Positions 20,494 to 30,225 of a DNA stretch of 64,000 bases are shown piece after piece (position 1 is the stretch's first letter; each line of letters opens with the position of its first letter). The DNA is from an uncultured Chthoniobacteraceae bacterium (GTDB lineage: Bacteria > Verrucomicrobiota > Verrucomicrobiia > Chthoniobacterales > CAKUMP01), in NCBI GenBank assembly GCA_965365475.1, contig CBDUBV010000001.1:19399-83398 (forward strand), given 5' to 3'. The notes below the pieces were generated by a model. That model had not been told where the DNA came from. It was given only the letters and a program-made list of their open reading frames with translations, and searched no databases. The position numbers and the translations under genes were made by a program.

Positions 20494-22133
20494 ATGAAAA
20501 AATATCACTTATTACTTACTGCCACGCTGCTGGTGGCAACACCAATGCTACTGCCCAAACCTTCTGGGTCGGCGGCAATTCGGGCACTTGGGGCACGTCT
20601 TCCAATTGGAGCCCAACCACCGTTCCTAGCGGAAACGTCCTGGCTACATTCAATAACTCTGCGGACGTGGCAGTAACCCTTCTTGCAGCGCAGGGTTCCG
20701 GAGTCAACATCCGCAATGCCAACAATGTCACCATCACGGGCACCCCGGAGTTCAATATCAGTTCCACAGCAGGAATTGTCTTTGGGGCAAGTGGAGGTGG
20801 CGCACAAACCTCTGGCAACCTCATCTTCAATGCTCCTGTGAACCTGGGCGGGACTTTGAGCATCTCTCAGATCGACACAGAGGACACCGCCGGAACCGTG
20901 GTGTTTAATTCCACATTCCGCACGGGTAACACTCCTACGGCAACGCGCCAGATCACTCTCGCAAACGCCTTCGACGGAGCAGTGCGTTTCGGCCCGAGCT
21001 TCGGGTACTCGACATCCGGCGAAGGAATTCGTTTGGTTGTAGCTACCAACGCCAGTGCTGGTGAAGGGCGTGCGGTGGAGTTTGCGGGGAATACCACGCT
21101 CGAAAGTGTCCAGCTTAACCGGTCCAGCGTAGCTGATGGGGTGACGACTCTGCGAGCCCTCAATGCCGAGCAGACCTTCTCCGCGAACCGAACCCTGGGT
21201 GCCATCCTCATAAACACGACAAATGTGGATCGCGTCGCCTTTGACGGGTCTCAAACGCTAAATGTTCTGGGTGCCGCTTCGACGCGAAATATCATCGCGA
21301 CAGCCAGCGGCATCGTGCTTCCAGAGTTCTCGATAGTGCAAAGCGGCTCTGGTGCCGTGAATCTGAGTGGAAAAATTGTAGCAGCAGCAGCAGGGGATGT
21401 TCGGATGAACAAGGTCACTCTTACCGGCAATGGCGCGGGTGCATTAAACATAGGCGGCATCGTTGCAGCCAATGAGAATGTAGCAATCGAAGTAAACCGT
21501 GCAGTGGGCACAGTATCCCGGTTGACCGGCGAGTTCAGCACACCGCACGACTCCTCGGGCACGACCACAGTCACCTCCGGCACTCTGCTCGTGAACATGA
21601 CCACGACTGGCAACGGCGCCTACAGCGTCGCAGCGAACGGCACGCTGGGCGGCACGGGAAATCTGAGAACCAACAACGCCAGCGTCACTCTCGCCAACGG
21701 AGCCACGCTCAGTGCAGGCGATAGCAGCGCCAGCAACTTCACGATGACACTCGGCACAGGTGTTCTAAACCTTGCTGCCATGGACACAGCGGGGCGCCTG
21801 GCGTTCACTCTTGGCACAACCAGCGACCGCATAACCCTGGCGACCGGCTCGTTAAACATCGGCACGCTCAACTCCAGCGAGTTTGCTTTTACTCAAGGCA
21901 CAGGCTTTGGAGTCGGCTCTTACACGTTGTTTGATACCACGTCGTCCATCACTGGCACGCTGGATACTGCGCAGTTCAACATCGATGCCAACTTCTATGG
22001 CCAGCTCGCTTATGCTGACGGCACCAACGATATTATATTAAACGTAGCTGCGGTGCCCGAGCCATCATCGCTCGTGCTGCTAAGCCTGGGCGCAGCGGCT
22101 TTCGTAGCGATGCGCCGCCGCCGCCAAGCATAG
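20494..22133 (+). pseudogene. PEP-CTERM protein with autotransporter-associated beta-strand-type repeats, N-terminus out of frame (frameshift or sequencing error)
   Basis: ATG 20494 encodes signal peptide MKKYHLLLTATLLVAT.. in one frame. The mature part (NTNATAQTFWVGGNSGTWGTSSNWS...VPEPSSLVLLSLGAAAFVAMRRRRQA) is in the -1 frame. That frame is open from 20412 but has no ATG before 20667. Confidence 0.65.
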
Positions 22134-22163
22134 GTCAGGCCATACTAAGTGCTTAAACCAAGG

Positions 22164-22203
22164 GGGACTCGATCTGAATTGATCGAGTCCCTCTTTTTTT
22201 TTG
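22164..22203 (+). terminator. rho-independent terminator after PEP-CTERM gene
   Basis: Perfect 11-bp stem gggactcgatc (22164-22174) / gatcgagtccc (22181-22191), 6-nt loop, then a tc + T-run. Confidence 0.75.
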
Positions 22204-22212
22204 GATTCTCTC

Positions 22213-22242
22213 CGCAGATTTTCGCAGATTTTCGCAGATTTT
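22213..22242. repeat. 3 x 10-bp perfect tandem repeat (cgcagatttt)
   Basis: Read directly from the sequence. It is the inverted partner of the 22354-22383 array. Confidence 0.9.
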
Positions 22243-22353
22243 TTTGAAGAATTGGCGGACATCATAGTTGCGCAACACTGCCCTGCGACGTGAGTGTTTT
22301 AGCATATGCATATTCCTTCCTCCACAAACATAATATCCCAATCTATGCTCCTT

Positions 22354-22383
22354 GAAATCTGCGGAAATCTGCGGAAATCTGCG
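22354..22383. repeat. 3 x 10-bp perfect tandem repeat (gaaatctgcg), reverse complement (9/10) of the 22213 array unit
   Basis: Read directly from the sequence. The reverse complement of the unit is cgcagatttc. Confidence 0.9.
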
Positions 22384-22403
22384 GTTTAAAATAAACCTCC
22401 GCA

Positions 22404-23396
22404 CTACGGACAACTTTCTCCATCGCGCCAGTTCGGTTCAATTAGTATTTTTCTGAGCCAGCCTTCCGGCATCCCCAGTTGATGGTGTCGAAGTAACGAA
22501 TCAGCCAAAAAAAACGCTGCTCGTCCTACTGCTTTTGCACCGCACTCGATCCCTGCATACTTATGCTTCGAGCCGGCGGATAATGTGGCGAAGGCGTAGT
22601 CTGCCGGACATTCGTATTTGGCTTCGCGCAGCCAGATCGGAATGAGGTGATTAAACCCGACCACAACTTCCGGTCGATATTTCTCAAACCAAATCAAACA
22701 ACCCTGAATATCCTGGAAAGACCCCACGTAGGGTGGCACCCGGCAAGCTCGTTGCGCGAGGGATAAGACGTGGCATGCTGCGGCGTATCGCAAAGTATCG
22801 TCTGCGCTGTCGTAGTCATGTCGCAGCAGTGCATAGCCTATTTTTTTATAACCTTTCTGGCGAATGGTCCGATCACACAACAGAATTGCTTGAAAGTAAT
22901 CTTCCGTCACGCCATGCAGCGGTGCGGAGAAGATGCCGGGCATGCAGTTGAGCGCACTAAAATGCTGCCACGGAAATTCTTCCCAGGCGATCGGCTCGCT
23001 CTGAGGACCGAATACCACGCTGGTGATGCCGCGTGCATACAGCATCTTCCCGAGTGCCCGCAGCGAAGGGTAATCCGCCAGGGCGAAGAGTTCAGTCAGA
23101 TATCCCGCTTGAGATGCCTGCTCGCTCAAAGAGCGATACTCCAGCACGCGCGACTTGCCCTTGGCACTGAAATCTATAAATGCAATCGTCTCGCCAGATG
23201 TGCGCGATCCTGATTTCCACCGATAGGAAGCAATGCGCGAAAGTGCGGGGTCAGGCACGTAGCCCAATTGTTCTGCAAGTGCTTTCAGGCGGCTGCGTGT
23301 TTCGATGTTCAACCCAGGGTCATCCTTGAGTGCTCGCGACACGGTGGATTTGTTCACTCCGGCCTGTCGTGCGACATCGGCTATGGTGATTCTCAT
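22404..23396 (-). CDS. LacI family transcriptional regulator
   Basis: N-terminal HTH MRITIADVARQAGVNKSTVSRALKD, followed by a PBP-type sugar-binding domain. Start at ATG 23396. Confidence 0.9.
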   Translation of the reverse strand: MRITIADVARQAGVNKSTVSRALKDDPGLNIETRSRLKALAEQLGYVPDPALSRIASYRWKSGSRTSGETIAFIDFSAKGKSRVLEYRSLSEQASQAGYLTELFALADYPSLRALGKMLYARGITSVVFGPQSEPIAWEEFPWQHFSALNCMPGIFSAPLHGVTEDYFQAILLCDRTIRQKGYKKIGYALLRHDYDSADDTLRYAAACHVLSLAQRACRVPPYVGSFQDIQGCLIWFEKYRPEVVVGFNHLIPIWLREAKYECPADYAFATLSAGSKHKYAGIECGAKAVGRAAFFLADSLLRHHQLGMPEGWLRKILIEPNWRDGESCP

Positions 23397-23469
23397 GATC
23401 GAAACAGTAAATGTTACGATCAACTCGGCGCAACTTTATACGCGTTCCCGCGGCCAGGCTGGCACAGAT

Positions 23470-24660
23470 TTACTCATTCAGAGAGTGTGCAGCGAGCCAT
23501 GCACTGGTCCATGCGAATTGAAAATTGAACCCACCCGTAATTGCGTCCATGTCACAAAGCTCGCCGACCACATATAGCCCCGGTTCAATCCGGCTTTGCA
23601 TAGTCTTCATGTGGAGTTCAGACAAAGGCACGCCGCCGCACGTTACAAACTCGTCCTTGTTCAGGCTTTTGCCATTGACCCGCAATCGTGAGCATTGCAT
23701 TACTTCTGCCAGCGTGTGCGCATGTTCCCGGCCTAGTTGCGCCCAGCGCGTGGTGCCGTTCACTCCAGCTCGAAGCAGCAATTGTTCCCATAATCGTGCT
23801 GGCAACGCAGGGGTGTTGATGAGCTGTTTGCCGGGCGAATCGGCTCGGCGTTGCGCAAGCCAAGCTCCTACATCCACACCAGGCAACCAATCTACTTCCA
23901 ACTCAAATTGATAACCGCACGCTGCCAGTGCGCGAGCACCCCAAGCTGATAACCGCAGGATGGCCGGACCGCTCAAACCTCCGTGTGTCAGCAGCACCGG
24001 GCCTCGCTCTCGCAGACCCGCTGCCCTCACACGCACCTCGGCGTTGCGCACGGAGAGCCCTGGCAATGCTCGCACTAGCGGGTCCTGGACTTGAAAAGAA
24101 AAAAGCGATGGCACCGATGGATTGAGCGTATGTCCAAGCTCGGTGAGGCAATGCCCGGAGCCACCTCGCTGCCCCCCCGTGGCAAACACCACACGTTCAC
24201 ACTCCATATGTTCCCCCGTCTCCAGAATCACTGAAAACCCATGGCGCACCGAGCACACTGCGCTCCGCAGTCGCAGGTCCACACCGGCACGTTCAGCAGC
24301 GTGGACCAGACAGTCCACGATGGTCGCTGAAGAATTTGTCGCCGGGAACATGCGCCCGTCGGTTTCGGTTTTAAGTGTCACTCCGCGTCGCGCAAACCAA
24401 TCGATCACTTCCTTCGGACCAAATCGGGCGAATGCGCCGATCAATGCGCGCCCGCCTCGCGGATAGGATGCCGACAAGGTCCGCGCGTCGAAACAGGCAT
24501 GCGTCACATTGCAACGGCCGCCGCCGGAAATTTTTACTTTGGTCAGGAATTGTCCGCCTTTTTCCAACAGCACCACACGGGCGCCCTGTTCTGCTGCGTT
24601 CACTGCGGCGAAGAAGCCCGCTGCGCCACCGCCCACTACGACCACCCGCCTGCCGCTCAC
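23470..24660 (-). CDS. BaiN/HI0933-family NAD(P)/FAD-dependent oxidoreductase
   Basis: VVVVGGGAAGFFAA dinucleotide fold and the KISGGGRCNVTH signature. Confidence 0.85.
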   Translation of the reverse strand: MSGRRVVVVGGGAAGFFAAVNAAEQGARVVLLEKGGQFLTKVKISGGGRCNVTHACFDARTLSASYPRGGRALIGAFARFGPKEVIDWFARRGVTLKTETDGRMFPATNSSATIVDCLVHAAERAGVDLRLRSAVCSVRHGFSVILETGEHMECERVVFATGGQRGGSGHCLTELGHTLNPSVPSLFSFQVQDPLVRALPGLSVRNAEVRVRAAGLRERGPVLLTHGGLSGPAILRLSAWGARALAACGYQFELEVDWLPGVDVGAWLAQRRADSPGKQLINTPALPARLWEQLLLRAGVNGTTRWAQLGREHAHTLAEVMQCSRLRVNGKSLNKDEFVTCGGVPLSELHMKTMQSRIEPGLYVVGELCDMDAITGGFNFQFAWTSAWLAAHSLNE

Positions 24661-24667
24661 GTGCGCA

Positions 24668-25960
24668 TCACGCCCAGGACCCGTCCGGAATGACTGCGTT
24701 CTTCGGGATCACGATGATGCCATCGCGCACGAAATAGTTCGGGCCATCGAAGTTCTCGGGCTTGCCTTCTGGGGTAATCACCACGCCCTCGCCGATGCGG
24801 GCGTTCTTATCGATGATCGCGCGTTCCACCACGGAGTTGCGCCCGATACCGATCGGCGGCACGCCCTCCATGCGGTGCGTCTCGTCCTCGAAAAAGTCTG
24901 CTCCCATCACGATGCTATTGCGGATGGTCGCGCCCTGTTGGATCATGCTGCGCACCCCTACGATGCTGCGCTCTATGTGAGCGTCGCTGATCACGCAGCC
25001 ATCGGAGATGATCGCGCTGCGTATATTGGCCATATGCACTTTGGAAGCAGGTAGAAATCGCGGATGCGTATAGATCGGCGCTTTGCGATCGAAAAAGCTA
25101 AATGGCGGGTTGGCACCGGTCATGGCCAGGTTCGCATCGTAGAATGCACGGATGGTGCCGATATCCTCCCAATATCCCTGGAAGATATACGACATGATTT
25201 TATACTGACCGATGGCGCCGGGCAGGATGTGTTTACCGAAGTCCGGCAGATCATTATCGAGACATTGTTCCAAAATGCTACGGTTGAAGACATAGATGCC
25301 CATGGATGCCTGAAACAACTCTTCGCTCTGGTCTTTACCCAGCGCGGCGAGCAATGGCTTGGGGATGGTCAATGTGTCGAGCACTGCGTCCTGTTTGGGT
25401 TTCTCTTCGAAGCGCACGATGTTGCGATCATCGTCGGTGTGCATGATGCCGAAGCTTTGCGCATCGCGCCGGTTCACCGGGATGGTGGCAAGCGTGATCT
25501 CGGCGCCTGTCTCGATGTGTTGTTTGAGCAGCTCGCGATAGTCCATGCGGTAAAGCTGATCGCCGCTCAGGATGAGGTAGTACTCGTAGGGTGCTTGCAG
25601 AAAATAGCGCATGTTCTGCCGGACAGCGTCCGCCGTGCCCTGGTACCAGTCATTTCCTTCCGTGGTCTGCTGCGCTGCGAGTATCTCGACGAAGCTGCTG
25701 GTGAAATGATCGAACTTGTAACTGCTGTTGATGTGCCGATGCAGCGACGTGCTGTTAAACTGCGTGAGCACATAGATGTGTCGCAGCGAAGAATTCATGC
25801 AATTGCTAATCGGGATATCGGCCAGGCGATATTTCCCACCGAGTGGGACGGCAGGCTTGCTGCGGTCTTTAGTGAGCGGAAAAAGGCGTGTTCCAGCCCC
25901 TCCACCCATGATTACTGCAAGGGTCTTGTGAATTGCATTGTAAACAGCTTCTGAACTCAT
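24668..25960 (-). CDS. glgC: glucose-1-phosphate adenylyltransferase
   Basis: AVIMGGGAGTRLFPLTKDRSKPAVPLGGKYRLADIP. C-terminal left-handed beta-helix repeats. Confidence 0.93.
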   Translation of the reverse strand: MSSEAVYNAIHKTLAVIMGGGAGTRLFPLTKDRSKPAVPLGGKYRLADIPISNCMNSSLRHIYVLTQFNSTSLHRHINSSYKFDHFTSSFVEILAAQQTTEGNDWYQGTADAVRQNMRYFLQAPYEYYLILSGDQLYRMDYRELLKQHIETGAEITLATIPVNRRDAQSFGIMHTDDDRNIVRFEEKPKQDAVLDTLTIPKPLLAALGKDQSEELFQASMGIYVFNRSILEQCLDNDLPDFGKHILPGAIGQYKIMSYIFQGYWEDIGTIRAFYDANLAMTGANPPFSFFDRKAPIYTHPRFLPASKVHMANIRSAIISDGCVISDAHIERSIVGVRSMIQQGATIRNSIVMGADFFEDETHRMEGVPPIGIGRNSVVERAIIDKNARIGEGVVITPEGKPENFDGPNYFVRDGIIVIPKNAVIPDGSWA

Positions 25961-26063
25961 AGTAATGTCTTTCTACCTGGTTACACCGGCCACCAGCGAG
26001 CGGAAGAATTGGTATTCGCATCCTGCCGGGGATGAGATACTTTGTCACGATTAGAAAAAAAAT

Positions 26064-27914
26064 ATGTGTGGAATCGTAGGATATATCGGCCATGGCGAAG
26101 CAGTCCCCGTCCTCATCGATGGGCTGCGACGACTGGAATACCGTGGTTATGACTCGGCTGGCGTAGCCATCTTTAATGGCTCCGGCCCAGAGGTGCATAA
26201 GTGCACGGGCCGCATCGCAAACCTCGCGGAACTTTTGCAAAAAGAAAATCCCTCGGGCAACGCGGGCATCAGCCACACTCGTTGGGCCACGCATGGAGGT
26301 GTGAGCGACGCCAATGCGCATCCGCACCTGGACCAGAGCGGGCGCCTGGCGTTGGTGCACAACGGGGTGATCGAGAATTACCAATCGCTGCGCTCTGAAC
26401 TGCGGGCTCAAGGGCACGAATTCGTTTCGGAGACAGATACTGAAGTGCTCGCCCATCTCATAGGAGCACACTATGACAAGAGTGCCGAGACCGATACTAA
26501 AGCCAGGCTACTCGCTGCGGTGCGCTCCGCGTTGCGCCTGGTGAGCGGCACCTATGGCATCGCACTGATGCACCAGGACGCGCCAGACCTCATGGTTGGT
26601 GCCCGTCGGGGGAGCCCGCTCATTCTTGGAGTGGGTAAAGGCGAGAACTTTCTTGCCAGCGATGTGAGCGCTATCGTCGCGCACACTCAGGACGCAGTCT
26701 ATCTCAACGACTACGACATCGTGGCTGTGCAGCGCGATGACTTTGAAGTGAGTGCTCTCACTGGAAAAGGCGTCCAGCACGAGATCAGCCGCGTGGAATT
26801 CACAGCCGACGATGTGAGCAAAGGCGAGTTTCCGCATTACATGCTCAAGGAAATCTACGAGCAGCCCGACGCCATCCAGGATGCGATTCGCGGCCGACTT
26901 AGCCGCGACGAAGCCACGGCGAAACTTGGTGGGCTCAATATGCTCCCGGCAGACATGCGCGGCATCGACCGACTTATCCTTGCGGGATGCGGGACCGCGC
27001 TACATGCGGCACTTGCAGGTGAATACATTATTGAAGCCATGGCCCACCTGCCAGTCGAGGTCGAGTTTGCCAGCGAACTGCGCTATCGCAATGTGCCAAT
27101 GGATAAAAACACACTGCTTTTTGTCCTAAGCCAAAGCGGGGAGACAGCCGATACACTTGCAGCCTTGCGCGAAGGCAGACGCAAAGGCATGCGCGCCCTG
27201 GGAATCTGCAACAATGTCGCGAGCACAATCGCCCGCGAGAGCGATGGCGGAGTGTATATGCATGCCGGACCGGAGATTGGTGTCGCGGCGACCAAATCTT
27301 TCACCTCGCAAGTCGCCATCCTTTCCTTACTCGGCCTGCTTCTGGGTCGCATGCGCCATCTCTCCACCAGCGACGGGATAAACTTCATCGAAGACCTTGA
27401 AGCACTTCCCGACCTGATCCGCCAGACCTTGCAACTCGACGCGCACGTCAAGACCATCGCACAAAAATACGCGGAGAGCCGCGGTATGATGTTTCTCGGA
27501 CGCCAGCACAACTATCCCATTGCGCTTGAGGGTGCGCTAAAGATGAAAGAGATCAGCTACATGCATGCGGAAGGCCATCCCAGTGCGGAGCTGAAACATG
27601 GCGTCATTGCTCTCATCGGGCCGGATTTGCCCTCCGTGTTCATCGCGCCGGACGATGCGGTGTTTGAAAAAAATCTAAGCAACATCGAAGAAGTCAAAGC
27701 GCGCAAAGGTCCGGTGATTGCCATTGGCACGGAAGGTCGTGGAGAACTGGAACACGTCGCCGACGACGTGATTTATATTCCTCGAACCAACGATCTTCTC
27801 ACGCCGATCCTGTCGGTGATCCCACTGCAACTCCTGGCTTACCATACCGCTGTGACACTCGGCTGCGACGTGGACAAACCGAGGAACCTGGCCAAAAGCG
27901 TGACCGTGGAGTAA
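26064..27914 (+). CDS. glmS: glutamine--fructose-6-phosphate aminotransferase
   Basis: MCGIVGY (Cys1 amidotransferase), two SIS domains, and the C-terminal LAKSVTVE. Confidence 0.97.
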   Translation: MCGIVGYIGHGEAVPVLIDGLRRLEYRGYDSAGVAIFNGSGPEVHKCTGRIANLAELLQKENPSGNAGISHTRWATHGGVSDANAHPHLDQSGRLALVHNGVIENYQSLRSELRAQGHEFVSETDTEVLAHLIGAHYDKSAETDTKARLLAAVRSALRLVSGTYGIALMHQDAPDLMVGARRGSPLILGVGKGENFLASDVSAIVAHTQDAVYLNDYDIVAVQRDDFEVSALTGKGVQHEISRVEFTADDVSKGEFPHYMLKEIYEQPDAIQDAIRGRLSRDEATAKLGGLNMLPADMRGIDRLILAGCGTALHAALAGEYIIEAMAHLPVEVEFASELRYRNVPMDKNTLLFVLSQSGETADTLAALREGRRKGMRALGICNNVASTIARESDGGVYMHAGPEIGVAATKSFTSQVAILSLLGLLLGRMRHLSTSDGINFIEDLEALPDLIRQTLQLDAHVKTIAQKYAESRGMMFLGRQHNYPIALEGALKMKEISYMHAEGHPSAELKHGVIALIGPDLPSVFIAPDDAVFEKNLSNIEEVKARKGPVIAIGTEGRGELEHVADDVIYIPRTNDLLTPILSVIPLQLLAYHTAVTLGCDVDKPRNLAKSVTVE

Positions 27915-27937
27915 AGCCGAACGCCGAACGCATTTTT

Positions 27938-28735
27938 TTATTCGCGGGTTACCGGGTTTTGTAGTGTGCCAATCCCTTCGATGGTAACCTCCACGATGTC
28001 GCCAGCTTTCAGCGTGCATCTCGGACGCCGTGCCCACCCAATTCCCTCCGGTGTGCCAGTCAAGATCACAGTGCCGGGCACAAGCGTTGTGCCTTGGGAT
28101 AAGAACTCAATAAGAGCCGCTACATTAAAAATCATGTCGGACGTATGCGATTGCTGCATCACCACTCCATTGAGGCGCGTAGTGATCGCGAGTGCATTCG
28201 GATTGGGAATTTGGTCCGGGGTCACCAGCACCGGCCCCAACGGAGCAAATGTGTCGAAACCTTTGCCTCGACACCATTGACTTCCCCCATGCCGACCTTG
28301 CCATAGACGGGCGGTGACGTCGTTTGCAGCAGTGTATCCAAGCACGTATCCGAAGGCCTCGTCCCGCGTCACATCGCGGCATGCCCGCCCGATCACAACA
28401 GCAAGTTCACACTCGAAATCCACTTCATCCGCGCAGACTGCGGGAATCACGATAGGCTGCATGTGGCCTGTCGCAGCACTCACATTTTTCATAAACAAAA
28501 CGGGAAAATCCGGGATTGGATTGCCACACTCTTCCGCATGGTGCCGGTAGTTGAGCCCGATGCAAAGGATCGCCGCTGGCTCCACCGGTGGCAACCACGA
28601 GTGCGCTTGCACCTGCTCGCCTGTTGGGTAGAGCCCCGTGCAGGGCGACCCTGTGCACCGCTCCAGACGCCCATCTTCCTTGATTACTACGGTGTGAACT
28701 TTTTGTTGGTCCGTGAGGATGCGTGCGATTTTCAT
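27938..28735 (-). CDS. fumarylacetoacetate hydrolase (FAH) family protein
   Basis: IGLNYRHHAEE, ELAVVIG, LTGTPEGIG. The ATG overlaps the histidine kinase stop (ATGA). Confidence 0.9.
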   Translation of the reverse strand: MKIARILTDQQKVHTVVIKEDGRLERCTGSPCTGLYPTGEQVQAHSWLPPVEPAAILCIGLNYRHHAEECGNPIPDFPVLFMKNVSAATGHMQPIVIPAVCADEVDFECELAVVIGRACRDVTRDEAFGYVLGYTAANDVTARLWQGRHGGSQWCRGKGFDTFAPLGPVLVTPDQIPNPNALAITTRLNGVVMQQSHTSDMIFNVAALIEFLSQGTTLVPGTVILTGTPEGIGWARRPRCTLKAGDIVEVTIEGIGTLQNPVTRE

Positions 28736-30219
28736 ATTGTTTGTCTATGTGCAGGAAGGCGAATGGTAAACCGGCTTCCACGACCAAGTTCACTCTCAAC
28801 CGTAATTTTTCCGGAATGACTTTGAACAATCCGGCGGACGATGCTCAATCCCAGCCCAGAGCCTTCCGAGCGACGGGAAAGCTTGGCATCGAGTTGGTAA
28901 AATGGCCGAAAAATGCGTCGCATCTCGTTGCCTGGCATCCCAATGCCATGGTCCCGGATGCTTACTGACCACCACCCTCCATCGACGCGTGTTGTGAGTT
29001 GGACGTCGCGGGAGTCACCGGAGTATTTAATAGCGTTTTCCAACAAATTTACCAGTGCTGTGACAATGGCATCGGCATCTGCAAGGATCGTCGCATCAGG
29101 ATCTGATTCCTCGGTGTGAATGACCACATCCGCCTCGCGGCATCGCAGACGGATGGATGCGAGCGCAGACTGGATGATATCGCCTGTGCGCACTGGTCGC
29201 AGCTGCGGTCGGTAGTTGCGGCTCTGCACACGCCCGAGTGTCAGCAGGCCGTCCACGACGCGGGAAAGTCGATCATTTTCCCGACAGACCATTCCCAGAT
29301 ATTCCGAGCGTGCCTCGGAGGATTCCAGTCGCCCATCGGCCAGCGTATCCAATAACAACCTCATGGAAGCCAGCGGCGTCTTAAGTTCATGCGCGATGAC
29401 GGCAATGCCCGTGAGCTGCAACTCGCTATAACGCATCTGGCGAGTCACCGCAAAGCCTGCAACGATCGATATGCCCAGAATACCGATCACCAGGATGATG
29501 CCGATGCGTTGGTACGCCCGAACCTGCTCTGCCAGCGTGCCAGTGAGCAGTGTGGAAGTGCCGGCGATGAGCGAGACCTGCCAGCCGGGAAGAGAATTGC
29601 TCAGATTTTTTGTCAATATTACATCCTCATTCAGCGGGCGTCCGACAGGAGAAGGGAATTGTCGGCCTTCGGGAGAGAACACCATGACCTCGGGCTCGGC
29701 ACCGAACGTGGTCTGAAAAAACATCGCCGCTTCGCGTCCGAGCGTGAGCCTTCGGCGGAGAAAAAAAAGCGACGCTTCTCCATCGCGGATGTGATAAAGC
29801 AATTCGCCCGGTCGCTCTGGCACCGGCAGCCAGAGCTTCTGTGGCCAGTGCCGTATATCCTGCGCCAGAGCTGCCGAGAGCATGGCTGGATCGCCCACCG
29901 TGCGCAAAGTATCGTCCGCAAGAAGCACCCCCATGGCGTCCATGCGTCGCCTGGCAAGTTCCTGCACAAGCTCTTCATGGCTGGCTTCCCATGCCACGGA
30001 TAGCATTTCATTGGCAACCTGCTGATCATACAGTCTCGCCGCTGCGTCGAGATGGCTTGCATAAAGCGTGGTAAAACGTTCACGCACCGATGCTTTTTCC
30101 TGCCGCACCGCTTCGGCCATGAAATGGAAGCTCACCATGGCCGGCACAAATGGTAGCAACACAAGCAGCAGAACAAGTGCCCGAAGTTGCCGCGGCTTCA
30201 GATCGACTGGAGCACTCAT
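28732..30219 (-). CDS. membrane sensor histidine kinase (no cognate response regulator in window)
   Basis: Two TM segments flank a ~200-aa extracytoplasmic region. H-box HELKTPLASM. N/G boxes LLENAIKYS, DHGIGM, GSGLGLSIV. Confidence 0.9.
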   Translation of the reverse strand: MSAPVDLKPRQLRALVLLLVLLPFVPAMVSFHFMAEAVRQEKASVRERFTTLYASHLDAAARLYDQQVANEMLSVAWEASHEELVQELARRRMDAMGVLLADDTLRTVGDPAMLSAALAQDIRHWPQKLWLPVPERPGELLYHIRDGEASLFFLRRRLTLGREAAMFFQTTFGAEPEVMVFSPEGRQFPSPVGRPLNEDVILTKNLSNSLPGWQVSLIAGTSTLLTGTLAEQVRAYQRIGIILVIGILGISIVAGFAVTRQMRYSELQLTGIAVIAHELKTPLASMRLLLDTLADGRLESSEARSEYLGMVCRENDRLSRVVDGLLTLGRVQSRNYRPQLRPVRTGDIIQSALASIRLRCREADVVIHTEESDPDATILADADAIVTALVNLLENAIKYSGDSRDVQLTTRVDGGWWSVSIRDHGIGMPGNEMRRIFRPFYQLDAKLSRRSEGSGLGLSIVRRIVQSHSGKITVESELGRGSRFTIRLPAHRQTI

Positions 30220-30225
30220 GGGCGC

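Noticed and set aside
20494-20676. Stand-alone 60-aa secreted peptide gene
   Set aside because: After the signal peptide the translation is implausible (..PKPSGSAAIRALGARLPIG..), while the overlapping -1 frame gives a conserved-type mature N-terminus. It is better explained as the displaced 5' end of the PEP-CTERM gene.
22213-22383. Possible CRISPR array
   Set aside because: The units are only 10 bp and directly abutting, with no spacers. The two arrays are inverted relative to each other, and there are no cas genes.
22153-22413. 86-aa ORF spanning the inverted 10-bp repeat arrays
   Set aside because: Its sequence is dictated by the repeats (ICENLRKSAE / RRFPQISADFKE). It lies between convergent 3' ends and overlaps the terminator, so it is unlikely to be coding.
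25961-26063. glmS ribozyme upstream of glmS
   Set aside because: Only ~100 bp is available, shared with the divergent glgC promoter. I could not see the conserved glmS ribozyme core, and that element is mainly found in Gram-positive bacteria.
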